Below, piece after piece: positions 62,400-64,000 of a DNA stretch of 64,000 nt. The stretch comes from Hypanus sabinus (Eukaryota). A program made the position numbers and the translations under genes. Positions within the stretch are counted from its first letter, which is position 1, and the number at the start of each line of letters is the position of its first letter. The notes below the pieces were generated by a model, which was not told where the DNA came from, searched no databases, and saw only the letters and a list, made by a program, of their open reading frames with translations. The stretch is taken from positions 43,152,001 to 43,216,000 of the forward strand of contig NC_082721.1 in the NCBI RefSeq assembly GCF_030144855.1, read 5' to 3'.

Positions 62400-63645
62400 A
62401 TGCAAGTGCAAAGAAAAACAAAATAATTGTTACTCCAGATCAGATGCAACACTAAAAGCCAGAAGATAAAGAACACAATACTAAGAAAACTCAATAAATA
62501 TACTGTAAATGCCATAAGACTATAAGGCATAGGAGTAGAATTAACCCATCTGGTCCATTGAGTCTGCTCTGCCTTTCAATCATGGCTGATCCTTTTAGTC
62601 TCCTCCTCAACCCCAGTTCCAGGCCTTCATGACATAGCTTATAGGCATAGATTGATTGTATGTCCATAAACTGACACTAGTCACAGGAGTGTCTGTACAT
62701 AAAGTGACTCTGACAGGAAATGATAAAGTAGAGGTGGTGGAGGTGTGTGTTTATAGGTGGACGTGTTAGACATCCTTTGTATTTGGGGAAATTAACTGCG
62801 TTTGAGTCTAGTGGTCCTGGTCTGGACGCTAGACTGTCTCTTCCCAGCTGGGAGTGGGACAGTCAATGTATTGGGTTGATGGGGTCCTTCATGACATTAC
62901 TGGCTCCTTACTGGCACCATTCTGCATATATGTCTTTGACGTTGGGTCAACTCGTGCCACTGATGCATTAGGCATACCCATTGTATTGAACTTCCTGTAC
63001 ACCACAGTGCAGTTTCCTTACCATGCAGTGATAATGCTTGTTAGGATGCTCTCTACTGCACATCTGCAGAAGGACATGAGTTAAGATGTGCATAGTCCGG
63101 CTCACTTCAGCCTCCTCAGAAGTAGAAGTGTTGGTGAGCTTTCCCAATTGTGTAGGATGTCTTCTGGGACCATGAGAGATTATGCATGATGTGCAGTCGA
63201 TGTGATGTGTGCGGTGTGAGTTCTCCTGAAGTCAATAACATTCTTATGTCTTCTTGACACTGAGGAACAAGTTATTTGCCTGGCATCAGGCAAATTCTTC
63301 CACCTCCTCTCTGAAGGCTGTATTATCTTTGTTGGTGATGCGTCCCACCACTGTTGTGACATTGGGACACTTGACAATGTGATTACATAATGTCTGGCTG
63401 TGCAGTGATATGAGAGCAGTGTTTAGCAATGGGGTCAGCGCAGAGCCCTTTGTGGGGGGGTACCCATGTCAAGGATCATGGAAAGGGAGGAGCAGTTGTG
63501 CATCCTGACTATCTGAAGTCTGTTTGTTCGGAAGTCCAACAACCAGTTGCACAGTGGTACATTTAGACTGAGGAGTAGCAGTTTGTTCACCAAGGTCTGT
63601 GGGACAATAGTGTTGAAAGCTGAAGTGAAATCCAGAAACAGCATT
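62400..63645 (-). mobile_element. Rex1/Babar-like LINE fragment
   Basis: '[41 protein letters not shown]' plus 3' UTR. Confidence 0.8.
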
Positions 63646-63649
63646 CTGA

Positions 63650-63785
63650 CAGTACTGCTGGAGGGTCTTGGCCTGAAACATCAACTGTACTCTTTTCGAT
63701 TGGTGCTGCCTGGCATGCTGAGTTGCTCCAGCATTTTATGTGTGTTGCTTGGATTTCCAGCATCTGCAGATTTTCTCTTGTTCTG
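63650..63785 (+). mobile_element. Penelope-like terminal repeat relic with a degenerate hammerhead motif
   Basis: CTGCTGG-AGGGTCTTGGCCT-GAAACATC, followed by the same downstream repeat as at 49.0 kb. Confidence 0.65.
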
Positions 63786-64000
63786 ACGCTAGTGCTGCTG
63801 TTTTGTCAGTGTACCAGGGCAAGGTACATGACAGATGCTATTGCATTCATCATTCGCTGAACATATTTGTGAGTGTCCAATGTGGCAGGAATTAGCTTTT
63901 AATATGTGCCATTTCCAGCTGTTGAAGGTACTTCATGATAATTGGTGTCAGTGACACTGGTCAATAGTCATTTAGGTCTGACAGTGTAGATACTTTTGCC

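Noticed and set aside
1-64000. CRISPR arrays, rRNA/tRNA genes or prokaryotic operons
   Set aside because: None seen. The DNA is intron-containing vertebrate sequence, and the only tRNA-like segment is a SINE head.

Overview
Vertebrate genomic DNA, very likely from a cartilaginous fish. The repeat complement suggests a batoid (ray), which is inference rather than a database match. Most of the window is decayed or nested retroelements: CR1 LINEs, three L1-clade LINEs (each with a candidate target-site duplication), Gypsy/sushi LTR relics, Rex1-like LINE ends, Penelope-like ends and SINEs. There is one 136-N assembly gap. The only recognisable host gene is a single minus-strand immunoglobulin light-chain cluster at ~45.47-48.04 kb: octamer promoter, leader exon, intron, a V exon already fused to J with no RSS, a 1.29-kb J-C intron, a C exon and a poly(A) signal. 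The V resembles the sigma isotype. The cluster is a pseudogene with three separate lesions: a TAG at the start of FR1, an out-of-frame V-J junction and a frameshifting deletion in C. It keeps both introns and its promoter, so it looks like DNA-level (RAG-type) joining fixed in the germline, not a retrocopy. Other notable items: a full-length L1 one nonsense codon from intact, with a human-like 5' YY1 site and a G-quadruplex motif before ORF2; a 165-bp near-perfect inverted duplication just 3' of the Ig gene; an old segmental duplication; and degenerate hammerhead-ribozyme motifs on Penelope-like ends. TE boundaries are approximate unless a TSD is cited.
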